DNA of 64,000 nucleotides from Orbicella franksi (Eukaryota): NCBI GenBank assembly GCA_964199315.1, contig OZ116698.1, positions 36,704,001 to 36,768,000 of the forward strand, read 5' to 3'. Shown piece by piece: positions 23,614 to 36,300 of this stretch (position 1 is its first letter; each line of letters starts with the position of its first letter). The notes under the pieces were generated by a model. It saw only the letters and a program-made list of their open reading frames with translations, ran no database searches and was not told where the DNA came from. The position numbers and the translations under genes were made by a program.

Positions 23614-26600
23614 ATGGCGGACCGGGAAGACTGTGAGGATGACAGCGATTTCTTTCGTACTTTTGCTGAGGTTCCGTTATGCCCACCGGAAAAAAGACAC
23701 ATGTGCGCGAGGTGCAAGTAAGCTGGTTGAGCTGGTTGCTGATCAATGTCGTAAAGAATTAGACAATTTTGAAGAGCCCCATTCCTTACAAGTCCGGTAC
23801 AAAACTTATGCATGCGATCGAAACTTCACAATGTCACGTTATTTTTAACTACTAAAAATCTGATTGCCAAAAACATTCCTTAGTTCCATATACAAGTCTC
23901 TGTTTGTTTCCTAGGAGACCACTTTCAGTGTGTCTGTGCGCGCATTTCCCAAGAAAGTTTCTTCAAATCTCAACAACAGTTCATATACTGCAACATCCCC
24001 GTGAGGTTTGTTACATTTAGCTTAAGCTTAAATGCTTGATTTTTCTTCCATAAAGCTATTGATTTTCCTACTATGTAGTTGTGCACTTCCTGAAAATGCA
24101 AGGGCTGCTCATTAAAATATTAAAATGTTTCTCTTATTTATTTCCAAGGGTAAGAGTTCACGGGTATCTCCTATCAATATGTATAAACCATGTGTACATT
24201 GTCAAAGGGACAGTGGTAACAGAACAAAAATAGGATCAAATTCTCTTCAGTACATCAACAGAGTTGTTATAAAAATAGCTGAAACTAAAAGGTTGATATG
24301 GAAGTGAGGAACATTTCTCCCCTATATTATATACATTGTAATTACTCACTCTTTTTTTTTTGCTAGGAGTCCCGGCTTTTGACAACTGTTCCATTACTGG
24401 AGGTCTGTTTGCCTCCAGAGAAACTTGTCATTCGACGTGGAAGAAGGTTTTATGAAAATAACTGGCCTGACCTTCACAAGCTACTGAACAAGCCTAGAAC
24501 TCTTCTTTTATATCCTGGACCAACAGGTTTGTCAATTTTAGTTTTATTTCATTTAACAGTAACATTACATTTGAATAAAATTGATAATAACATGTATAAT
24601 ACAGCAAAGTGTATTGTGCATTTGACATCGTTCTCCTCTGACAGCAGTAAATATTAAGTTTTGCTTTCAATGTTGCTAAATGTAATTGAGACTAAGTTAA
24701 ATGCGAAACAATATTGCTGGCCAGCAGTCCCCCTCGCGGTGGTGTGCAGGGTGGCCAGTGGATTTGTACAGCTTAGTTTCGAATGTCAAGTCATCCTGCA
24801 TGTTTTTCATTGCTAGTCAGATCTTGTTAAGCTTTTCTCTCAGCCCACCCATCTGCCTTGTCTTCATGGTAAGTATATGGCAAGTATCCTGTGTTTCCAC
24901 TGTTTTTTTTTTTCAGTGTGACAGTGCCTGGTAGTTTCTGCTCACAAGGTTGTCATGGATACCCTACATGCTCAGTTCAGTTTGCTCTCGAGTTCCACCA
25001 TCATTTGAGGCACTATTTCCCAAACTCATCTACTGTTGATGAGGTTACGTCATACACTGTAACTCCACAACCAACACTGATCAGCCTTAAGAACTCAATG
25101 CAGTCTATGAATTACATGTATATCAAAATTTTGTCTACAGGTGTATAAGCCACACAGTATTTTTAGTGTATGTTATATTCATTTGCTTGTTCTTAACTTG
25201 CACACAGCTGAAAATATCAAATCACTGGAAAAGCTTCCACCTGGTCAACATTACGATATTATTGTCCTTGATGGAACATGGAGACAAGCAAGGGATATTT
25301 TTGCTAACAATCCATTTTTATGCAAGGCCAGGCAGGTACGTTTCAGTAGACAATTTCAGTGTTTTATTCTGATGGCAACAACCCCACAATTAGCCTGCAT
25401 AGCAGGCATAAAACTGGGAGAAAGAGGGAGCAAGCTAGGGCGGATACAGGATTTTAGAGAAGGGGATTTGAAATATGGATCACCAAAGGCAGTCCCCTTT
25501 ACGGGGTGTGGGATCCCCTGTAGGAGGTTTCTAGCATCTCCTGCAAGGAGGTCCAAGGTCCTCAGAAATGGGATTTTTAGCAATCTGAGGCCAAGTCAGC
25601 ATGTTAAAATGTTTCATTTTTTGTTAATTTAGGGGATTCAATCAAACTGCCCAAACCCCCTACATGTAGATCCACCACAGGGAGAGTGGTAATATGAGGA
25701 AGGGGCATTTCCTTCTCATTTTTCCTGGCTTTTTGGCCTCCTCTCCCCATTCCCTGTTTACATCTGCAGTGCGTGCTACCCCACAATTCAATTATGATCA
25801 TCAACATGCTATTTTATCTACATTTGATGTGCCACTGCATGTCATGTACATGCAGAAAATTGCAAAAAGGCATTCCTTGAGGCATTTCAAGAAAGGAGAT
25901 GCAGTGTACATGTAGTTGCTTGTTGAAACTTTTGTGTTGTTGCTGGTGGCCGGGGTCAATCACCACACATGACAAGGGATGTAAATGTTGCACACACAAT
26001 CCTTGAAGGAGCTCAGTCACAGTATTTCGAGTTATTTTTGCCACATACAAAATAACCTTTAAATGGTAGGAAACCTGAAAATAACAGTTTAATAAGATAG
26101 AGAAACACCAAAGAGATAATAATAAACCATAGAGAAACAATGATGGCTAAGAATGGAGAGGATTGACACGGATTACAAATGACAAATTTGAAAAACTGAG
26201 GCTAAACTTTTCAATATGCACAAACCGTGACGTAGCCCCTTTAAGTACATGTACTGTAAGAGCATACATGTACTTCAGGAAATAATTTACAATGTATGAT
26301 ATTTTAATGTTATCACAAGATTTTAGAAACAAGTTACTGTTAGAGTAACCAGCATTGAATTTACGGTAATATACATTTAGAACAATTTTTCTCCTTTTCA
26401 TTTTTTTTGAGCATTTACATGTATTTCAGTGTACACCACATACAGTACATTGTACATGTATATACATGTAACAAAATTGCTCCATTTGTGCAGTAATGTT
26501 GTTTGCTATAAGTTAAAATAAAAAACTTGTAACTGTATTAATGTCAATGTTTCTAGGTTCAGTTAGAACATGATCATATTAGCGAATATGTGATTAGGAC

Positions 26601-26931
26601 TCAGCCCAACAGTAAAAGTTTGTGTACCATCGAAGCCATTGCTTTATCATTATCACTTCTTGAGGATAATGGTGAAATTGCTGAGGTGAGAGTTTTTATA
26701 GTATACTTGGCTTACATTCTTCTTGTTGTTGTTTACTTGGTTGTGAAGTTCCTCTATGTTAACATTTTGAACCTTAGAATGAGGCCAAAGAACATTGTGA
26801 TATTATCTTGTTGCTTTGTTCATCAGGCATTAATTCGTCCTCTTAGAGCGTTGTGTAAAATACAGTTGGACCATGGTGCAGTGGTACACTTCAATAAGGA
26901 CCATGAAGACGAGATAATGTTGAGGGCGTAA
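23614..26931 (+). CDS. DTWD2: tRNA-uridine aminocarboxypropyltransferase 2 (DTW domain protein 2), 238 aa
   Basis: Exons 23614-23717, 23915-24005, 24367-24526, 25208-25335, 26557-26685, 26827-26931 (717 nt, phases consistent). Protein has CARC..RP..VCLC, ILQHPRE, LLYPG, the IVLDGTW (DTW) motif, YVIRTQP...LCTIEA and LIRPLRALCKIQLDHG, as in DTWD2/TapT. Confidence 0.95.
26003..26244 (+). mobile_element. Kolobok-like MITE (copy 2, near full length) in a DTWD2 intron
   Basis: ttgaAGGAGCTCAGTCAC...GTGACGTAGCCCCTttaa: imperfect TIRs flanked by TTAA-like sites. Confidence 0.7.
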
Positions 26932-27659
26932 GTAAACAGAACATTTGATTGATATGAAGTTGAATCTTTTTAATCCATGGTTCAAATTGCAACGAGCGTA
27001 ATATGGTTTCTTTTGAGGGGTGGGAAGGGGTGTCTGAGTATCCCATATTCCGTAAATGTTTGGTCTAAATATCCGGAATACCGTTAATTTTAATGTTACA
27101 AATTAACAATTTTCCTACTCGCTATCCCAAGAAATCTGTCCTAAATGCCCCATATCCCATTAAGTTTCCCCAAAAAGTTCCTTTCTCCCGCTAATTTTTA
27201 ACCTGAGTAATTCGCATTCTTAAAGTCGCTAATATGGCTTCTCGAAACGTTCATGCGGCAGCATTGTGTATTGTAGCATGTGACTGGAATGTCTGTGTGC
27301 CAAAAAGAAGGACGTTTTGGTAAGTTCACGGAAGTTTGAATCCCAAAAGATTGAAACCGTCTCCTTAGTCTTCTGAGTAAAAGTTTAGTCAAGTTGTTTG
27401 CACTGTAATCCGTGGAGATCTTCTCTATAAAAATTTCCCTTTGAACTGATTCCTTTTCTAGGCAAAGACAAGCGCAAAAAGACGGACAAAGGAAAATGAA
27501 TGGAGTTATCGTAACGAACACAGACACGGACGAAGATAAAATTCTTCTTGAGAATACGTGACGTACGTTTCAACTCAATTATTTTTTCATCGGATGCGGA
27601 TATTTATTTATGGAACAACATGAAAAATAACAAGAGTTTCAGCAACTACATATAACTAG

Positions 27660-28100
27660 CTGGAAATGTCGGACAATTTTAATATCGGACAAAAAGTGTC
27701 CGAAGTTTTTAAGCGTGCGCAATTGTTAGCGTCCGAAATATTTACAGTACAGAATTAAACTTTTATTTAGCTCCAAAGTTCTTAGTTTCCTTCTTTTTCC
27801 TTTTGGAAGGAGCTCTAGCTGAGACACTGCTTGACATACGTAACGTCATGACAGAATTTGTGCCGTTTTCACGTCTTTGTTTCTGTAAAACCTTGACGGA
27901 GCACTTAAACTATCATTTTAACAGATGTTGTTTCAGTCTAAATTGTGTTTTTTACTACAGTGTAAGTCTAGATAGTCTAGATTCAGTCTAAATTGTATTT
28001 TTTTACTTTTCAGCTAAGTGTTCGAAATGTTTGTCCGAAATTTGCCCGAAGTAAGATTTAAAAAGTGTCCGAAAATTAAATGTCCGAAGTAATGTAGGAC
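27660..28100. mobile_element. MITE-like element with TCGGACA/TGTCCGA sub-terminal inverted repeats
   Basis: Left tcggacaattttaatatcggaca; right tgtccgaaaattaaatgtccgaa. Confidence 0.5.
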
Positions 28101-29114
28101 ATTTTAGCCTCCTATGGTAAATTTTTCTTTTGCTCTACGGAACTTGTTAAGAAATTGTTTAAGTCCAAGATAAGAAAACACCAAAATTTCACCATTTTCC
28201 GTCCTTGATATTTTTGCATTTCACATTGTTTTGTAAAGAACGACTAAGAAATGCGGCAAGGCTTATATCGCACGTGCAAAGCCATTACTGTACTTCTCAT
28301 TAACTTTCTCTTTGCCGTTGTGGAAACTTTTGGGAAACGTTTCCATTCTAATTCAGTCACTGTGTTCTTACAGGATGTAGCAAGTTAAGCATGTATTCTT
28401 AAATGTGAGACTAGGTTTGTGTGATATTCTGCTTGTCTGTTCCGAACTGAAAGCTGCCATTCTTGTTTGTGTGGAACAATGCAAATGAACCGGACGCGTG
28501 GACACTGGGTCCTGGTCTTGCAGGGACTTGGGACCCCCGAATACGAATTTCGATGTACTTGTGTTTTGAGATCGCTCTGTCGAGGAAATGTAATGTAATC
28601 TTTTGTTTTGTATTATGAAATAAATCGTTTGAGGACATTATCCTCTTGCTGTTTCACGCTTTGAATAAAATATAACAGCATTAAAGCAAAATTTCTGTAT
28701 TTATTGCTGTTTAATACGGCTTTAAAATAGTACAATAGCTTTTTTTCTCAGCGCCCACCCTTATGTTTGGCCCTATTTCGGGCTGCGTTAAAATTCTTTT
28801 TACTTAATGTAATTTTGAAGAGGAAACTTGTGGAAATATTTAGACTATTTAGTTTTTATCAAAGTATTCTCCCCTTTTCCCAGCCCATATCAATCGCAGA
28901 TGAGGAAATAGAAATTCTTTTTCGTCCCTCAAATAGAATATTTAATGTACAAAACGGGACATTTCGCAAGCTACTCTTCAAAGAGGAATCCCCCCGCTGT
29001 CGAGACTAAGCGTTTGAAAAGTCCTTTTTACAATGAAACCGTAAGCTTAACATATCGAGTCAACCTTCCTGCGTTAGGAGTTGTGTTAACATAAAACTTT
29101 ATCACTGGACGCAG

Positions 29115-29334
29115 TTGAAGGAGCTCAGTCACGTAATTTTGAGTCAGTTTGGCCATGTACAAAATTACCTTCAAATTGAAGGAAACCTGAAAGTGATAGT
29201 TTACTGATATGGAAAAACACCAAAGAGATAAAAGTAAACCATAAACGAACAAGTATGGTGGAGGATGGGGAAGATTGACACGGAATACAAACGACAAACT
29301 TTAGGCTAACACTTTTAAGATGCGCAGACCTTAA
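29115..29334 (+). mobile_element. Kolobok-like MITE (copy 3)
   Basis: ttgaaggagctcagtcac..aaacaccaaagagataa..gattgacacgga..acaaa aligns by eye with 26003-26244. Confidence 0.7.
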
Positions 29335-29695
29335 GGTACCTCCTATAAGTTACATGTAGGTCTCATACGAGAGGGCACGGGTCATTGTTGAAGATTTTCA
29401 CGGTCCGAGACCCTCGCTGTGAAAATAATGCACCGTAGTTTTTATAGAGCATTTCGCTTACAGGTGTCGTAAAACCATCACAAAAGTAATTACAACGGCC
29501 AACGTACATACACAAAACATCGCAACGAACCAATGAGAACAAGAGGCAAATGCAGGTCAACATCACAAAGCACGGGCAAACGCGTGTGACCCCATGGTGC
29601 ATTTTAGTTTTGCATCTTATTGGTTGATAAGTTGGTGCAAGCTTTTTTTTTAACCAATCAGAGCAAAGTGAAGCAAAACCACAAGGCCGCTCTAT

Positions 29696-30976
29696 CTATT
29701 GGTCAGTGATGGCCTTAGCTCTCGCATTATGGGCCTTGGCGATGAGTTCTGAGGTCTTGATAATTCCCTTACTGACCCCAACGCCGATTAAACTTCCAAA
29801 GAAACCCCCAACCATGGCCCCTACAACAGGAACCGGTATGAGCACCTGCCCCACAATGGTCCCAGTGGTGCCTCCAATAAACTGGCAACTAGAATCACAC
29901 AACTTTCGTCTAACAGTGGATTTGAACTGCGAGTTTGTGATTAAGCCTTTGTCACGCTGTAACTTGGATCGCGTGACGCTACCTGCAGTAAGAGCAATGT
30001 CGACTAACACAGATATTGCAATACCAGCGGCAGCTTGACCGAGCGCCATCGCTGCCGTTTCTATGCCAACCGTTGCTGTGCTTTCCGCTGCTGTTGACGT
30101 CACCACGGTGGCTGTCTCAATGATAACTTCCTTTACAGTGATCGCAGTCTCAGGCGACTCACCACTGGCCATGACAACGTGGGCACTCATGTCTAAGATC
30201 TTGTCAATGGCGCGAAAAATAGCTTCGATTTTTGCTTGTCGTTCTTTAACAGAAAATGGAATATGCAAAAACGCAACGTTAAAGATATCGGCTGAGTAAC
30301 CAATAACTAAATCTTCGTCGATTTTTAAGGTAATTGAACGCTTGGGGAACTTCTTCACTAAAGTCCATATTTCCATATTTGAACGCGAGGCTAAATTAGG
30401 AAGCGGAAGTTGAGAATTTGCAAATGAGGAGAAATCTAATCGCACATTTATCAGTACGCTATCTTCATCCTCATAGAGATTTCGAACCGCGCTCGTTTCT
30501 TCACAGTTACGTAACCATACAAATGCCGGATAATGAGGTCCAAACTCCTGCTCAGTCGAAGAGTTGCAACCACGTCGCATAACATGCTCGTAAACCAAGG
30601 TCTCGAAGGTCAGCCACATTGAAGTTTGATCGCAGCTTCCATCGAGGAATCCATCGCAAAGGTTCTTGTGAAAATCATCCGAAAATCGAGTGTTTCTAGT
30701 GTTTTCCACCGCGCGGTTGGTTTTAGCCTTGTTCGGCTCGATGGCTGTGTGACGCTGTTGTAACAAGCGCTGCAGAACACATTCGTTCCATGTTTTGTTT
30801 TCGTAAACCAAAACACATCTAGCGCACGTCTTAATAACTGCAAATTCATCTTCATTTTCTGCGTCGACCTGCTGAAGGGACACGTCAGAGTTAGCCGGCG
30901 TGGAATCCAATAGCAACGAAAAATCTTCCTTTTTCTTTTTCAGGAATGCTATCACGGAGCTAACCGCTTTCTTCAT
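29696..30976 (-). CDS. Uncharacterised single-exon 426-aa protein with Ala/Thr-rich helix and C-terminal glycine-zipper hydrophobic hairpin
   Basis: 1281-nt ATG-to-TAG ORF in otherwise stop-rich intergenic DNA, with normal amino-acid complexity. C-terminal GGTTGTIVGQVLIPVPVVGAMVGGFFGSLIGVG has repeated GxxxG. Confidence 0.8.
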   Translation of the reverse strand: MKKAVSSVIAFLKKKKEDFSLLLDSTPANSDVSLQQVDAENEDEFAVIKTCARCVLVYENKTWNECVLQRLLQQRHTAIEPNKAKTNRAVENTRNTRFSDDFHKNLCDGFLDGSCDQTSMWLTFETLVYEHVMRRGCNSSTEQEFGPHYPAFVWLRNCEETSAVRNLYEDEDSVLINVRLDFSSFANSQLPLPNLASRSNMEIWTLVKKFPKRSITLKIDEDLVIGYSADIFNVAFLHIPFSVKERQAKIEAIFRAIDKILDMSAHVVMASGESPETAITVKEVIIETATVVTSTAAESTATVGIETAAMALGQAAAGIAISVLVDIALTAGSVTRSKLQRDKGLITNSQFKSTVRRKLCDSSCQFIGGTTGTIVGQVLIPVPVVGAMVGGFFGSLIGVGVSKGIIKTSELIAKAHNARAKAITDQ

Positions 30977-33399
30977 ACGAGAAGACGTCGTCTCTTTGGC
31001 GAAGTTTATTCTAACGCGTTTCGATTGTTAAGTTATTGTCATGCTGTAGAGCTCACCAGTGTTTCGCCCGATACACCTGCCGCCCAGCTTACACTGACCC
31101 TTGGGAAACTGCATTGTCTTTCAAATGAATATTTACTTACGCGTCAAACAATTGGAGAAATTCTTGCCTATTATTGCTTCTGGGCTCGTAAAAAAAGAGA
31201 AGAAGCGACAACATTAGCGCAAGGCAGAATCTGTTTGGCTGGCATATAGATTTCACGATAAATTCAGCATTGAAAATTTATGAAGTTTGTTGATCAATGA
31301 ATAAAACGAGTTTTTCAGGATTAATTTTTCATAACTTGTAGGTAAATGCGGTCAAGCCAGTTGCGGTAGGATTTTATTAAGACCACTTTAAAGGTTTCTT
31401 GCTGAGAAATAAATCGCATGTTATTGAAATAAATGTAAGATTTTGTTCCTGCGAAAACGGCTCTGGAAAACTCTTTTCCAGCTTTACTTGATAGTTTCTG
31501 CGAAGCATTTCAACAATTTTGCACGATTTGTTTTTATTTTTGATTTACGCCAATCTTGGAGAAGGTAATTCAAATTAATCTTTTAATCTATTCGGAAAAA
31601 AAACTTATGATTTTATTTATTCTTTTCTCGTAGTCTTCATCATATTTAGTGGTAAATTTCACAAGTATTCGAAAGCATTACAAGAACAAGCTGCCAAGAT
31701 GTAAATTTTGAATGAAGTTTGTCCGCTTTTTCAATTCAGGGAGAAAGAAAAAACTACATTATTTTCTCCCAATAGAGAGATTTTATGTCGATTCCTAATT
31801 TTCCATTTCAGACAGATCGTTTTACCGCACCGTAATTTTTTTTTTAAGAGATTTTTTTTGTAATTCACGGAATCGAATGTGTTTGCAATATTCTGTTTTA
31901 AATTTTAATCACGTAAAATAGAATATTTCAATTTCTTTGCGAACCTGGCTAAGTGCAAATCCACGTCAGTCAATTAAATATTTGTACTTTTCTTATAATG
32001 GGACTAATTCACTCAAAGCTATATATGGCATTTAAAATTGCCGAAGGTATTTTAATATGTAAAGCAGAGCAAGATACGAAGCTATCACAGAAACAATATC
32101 GCAAATATTCAGAAAAATGCCTGATATAGAAGTGTTGATAAGTCTTAAAAACAAAATAAATTTGTTACAAATAAACGAAGGTAAAATTCTTACAATCGGA
32201 AAACGTGAAATATTACTGATTTATACCTGCTGTACAATTACACGTGAAAGTAATTCACGCTAACTTTCAAAGATTCAATTTGTTTGAGATAGAACTTAAA
32301 GTAGAGGCGGAGCTACAAAAGAATTTCTCACGAATTAATTTGAAACAAGATAACTCGATTTAAAAACAAAGATCTTATATTCATATTTTCTTGATTCGAT
32401 CTTTTTAGCAATTTCGATAAGCGATGGTAGCTTTCAAGGCGATTTCTAGTTAAGAGCTACCATTCTACAACGGGTGTCGAAGAACGTTTCTTAAGGTTTT
32501 TTTTTTCCTAGACTTAACTTAGTAAATACACTGTGTAAATCGATTTACTTGGAACTCTCTCGAGGAGTGTTTAGTTTTGGCCGCTGGATACACTTCATTG
32601 ATACTTAGAAATTCATAATGCTGGGATTACTTTTGAAAAATGTGTGGTTCTTAACTAAAAGCGTTTGTGGTCGTCTTTAAAAGTTCTCCGCTCGCCGCTT
32701 TTTCGTGAAATCCATTTGTCGAATAACATTACTATTAGTACAAAAAGGAGATGAAGTGAAAATAAATCACTCGAAACAAGAATATGAGAAAAAAAATGTC
32801 AAGTAGAAAGTGACGTTGGTTTTCTTTTCACTGAAAAGTTATTTTGTACAGATATCGATTTACTGACGTAAATTTTTAAAACCAGTTAAAACAATAGTAA
32901 CCGGTACGTAAATAAAGAAGACAAAATACAGTTTATTGATTTCATTTTCTTAAATTATAAAGGAAAGTTTGCTATTCCGCTGGTAATCAGTTATCACGGG
33001 AACATACATGTCACTGGAGTTCACTTCCACTGACAGAAGAAGGAAATTTCGAGCTCCCTGTTCTTTGCGTTGAGTAAATCACTAATAATGCCGAAGTGAA
33101 CGGCATTCAATTTTGACATCTAAACGCAAATTAAATTATCTGATTTCAGGGAGAAAATATCGCTTCACCATAAAAATATATCCCGTAAAAAAATACCACC
33201 TCTAATTGGTCGAATACTGTAGGTGTCTTTGCAACTCAAGGGAAACCAAAAAAAACTATTTATAAATTTAAGTAGTGCTGTCAAATGCTATTTTCTATGC
33301 ATAATAGATATATGTACAGGTCATTTTTTTTTTCTTCGTTCATCACACACTGAAAGTTTCCTTGCGATCTTAGCTTAAAACGTTAAGGCCTCATCTGGT

Positions 33400-36300
33400 T
33401 CAGCTACAAAGAGGCCGATGTAGTTTGTGCCATTCTGCGATTGGCTTATGTGGAGATAATACCACTGCTTTCCAGTGCACCACTTCCGACTGTAACGGCG
33501 CGTCCATTCCCAGTCTCACGTGACCTAAGACCTCGTTTCCACGTATAAAGTCATGCTGAAAGACAGTAAACTGCACTCCAAAGTTCTCAAGTGTACATGA
33601 GCTGTTCGTGGCGACCTCAAAACTGAATTCTTCATCAAAAACTAGGTTTTTCTTTTTGGTTTTTGTTTGATATTTATTCAGGATTTCGTCCTTGTACGTG
33701 AGTTCGACAGCGACGAAATGACCTTCAAAAAATAAGAAGAAAATACCAGTGAAGTTTAATATAACAAGAGAATATTCAGCGACTTGTCTGATCAACAAAT
33801 AAATAAATTATATTAATTGATTGATTAATAATTTAATGAATAACAATTTTTTATTCCCATATTAATATCATTACATTAATTATCAAGTTGGCATGCCATA
33901 GGCATAAGGTAAATCATTAGCAAGGGAGTTGGCAACCAACATTTCGAGCGATATACAAAACAGCAAGACAAAATATAACTGTAAGATATACAGTTGTGGT
34001 AACGTAGCTGTAATCTTGCTTGTGGTAAAACAAAGTGGCACTAAATCATTACGTTAAGTTGTGTAAAAGCAGTAGATAGTTATTTACTTTTGATTGACTT
34101 TGGGAGATCTTTAATTTTCATGACTTTGACCTTGAGACACGACGAAGTGGCCTCGTGACACAGGGACACCTGGAGTTCGCCAGCACACTGAAGGAAAAGA
34201 AATGTCATTCCTAAAAGAAAGGCACCTAATGGCTAACAAATTTATTACTAACAAATTAGTTATTTGGTTACTTAAAATTGTTAACTGTTCAAGATCCCTA
34301 AAGCAACTTCTGAACACTACACACTTATTTCTCACTCCTCCTTGTAATCTTCTAAGCTTCGCTAATTTCTCTATTGAGCCTGTTATTTTCGTAAATAAAA
34401 TTAAAGTGTAAAGCTTTAGCGATTTGTTTCCTAACCTGTGACAAGTATTTTGCACGCCTTACGGACCTATGGAGATGTAGTGCCTCATGATTAGTACGCT
34501 CGACGGTCTGGGTTCTAACCCTGCCCGGGGGCGGCGACATTGTGTTGACAATTTACTCTCACAGTGCCTCTCTTTACGGTACCGGCGAATTTAATGCTGG
34601 GGGTAACCCCGCGATGGACTAGCATCCCATCCAGGGGGGAGTAGAAATACTCCTAGTCGCTTCAAGCTACAGAAACCGGGATAGGCTCCGGCCTGATGGG
34701 CCACTTGGTTCGCATGCAGACTTTACCTCACCTTTATGGACCTACCGTACCTGTTTTCTCCCAGCTTTCTCTTGTAGACTCCGGGTCACATTTTCTCCCC
34801 ATGTTATGCTTTCGTCGGCTAGAGCAATCAGGGCCTCTCCAATCGGCTCACACCTAGAAACGCCAAGCCGGTCTAGAAGCTTAATCTTCAGTCGCGCTTG
34901 TTGAAACTCGGAGATATAAACACCGTCGAAAATGAATTTTTCGTCGAATATCGGGTTGCAGGTTTTCTTGTGCACTTTGCTCTGAAATCGCTGGCGTTTA
35001 GAAGACGTTTTGAGCGATAGCCGTGCCAATGCGTTCAACAAGCGACCATGTCTGATTGGTAGCTCTGTGGAGTGGATTAAATGCACCTCAAGAGTATGCT
35101 GGTCTGCCTGGTAAGTCATTTTAAAGACCACGTGGCCACGGTTTTGTGGTATTCGTGAGTTTTTCCTAGCTGGCTTGTTGGTGTAGGTAATTTTACTTGT
35201 GCTGTGTCTTCTGTGTTTCTCCACCTTTGATCGGGGTGCGTTTTTGTCCACCGTGGATACAACTGATTTGCGCATGTGCGGTGTAGGATCCGGAAGTGTC
35301 GAGTCACCATCCAGGGACTCACGTGACAAACTGTTGTTGCTCTCAGAGCGAGAACGAAGACTGATCGAACCTTTCCTTGGTTTTGAATAAGAACTGACAG
35401 CTGAGTAACATCTCCGCGAGAATGATTCATCTGTTAAAGGAAGCAAGCAGACCCAAAGTTTATCCTGTGTTTGCTTAGAAATGTTTCGAGGTAAAAATAA
35501 CATATGAAAGCAGTACAAGTGTTCCAAAATATCACACGGTATCTGCACTCTTGGAAACCGGTTTAACAAGTTTTCCGTACATCTGTAAGACTTCCCGAGA
35601 GTCAGTAAAACACAGATGAAAGTTTGGTTTTGGAAAAACAGGCGTTGAATTTTTAAATATTTTATTAAGGGTGTGTTACTTTAGGAAAATTCTTTAATCC
35701 AAAACAAAAAACTATGATAGACTGTTGTCCAGAAACGGGTTTTGCTTTTCTTTGCTGACCAGATTGCACCCCTTTTTATAAAAAATCACTATGGTTTTTC
35801 TGGTCCAGGCTGAATATTCTTATTTTCCTGCTGACTTTAGGCTCAAAATATTCTTATGAATATTCTTAGAATTGCCGTTTATTTTAGCAGAGAATTAAAG
35901 GAATACAAAGTGAACTATGCCGACTCAACGTCACATTATCTGTTCCCCAAGATACAACGGAGGCAGGTTATTTACAATTTTAAAAATAATTTTGTTGCAA
36001 TCTTAATAATAACCCACTTTTCGTTGAGTCACCATCCAGGGAATCATGTGATAAACTATTTGCGCTCTCTGATCGGGAGCCAAGACCCGTGGAATCTTTT
36101 CGTGTCCTTGAATAAGAGCTAGCAGCTGAAAAACATCTCCGCACAAACGATTCGTCTGTCCAAGGATAAAAGCATAGAAATAATCAATTATCTATTTTCT
36201 TCTCTAGATACAGTTTTGTCAATTTTTCTCAAGGGTTTATGCTAAGGTGGAAAAATATGCCTAACTTCGAAAACTTTGATTTCGGAAGCTTTCCCGAGAA

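Noticed and set aside
28395-28600. Minus-strand frame ending YHTNLVSHLRIHA, reminiscent of a C2H2 zinc finger
   Set aside because: No correctly spaced CxxC, no start codon or splice support; probably chance.
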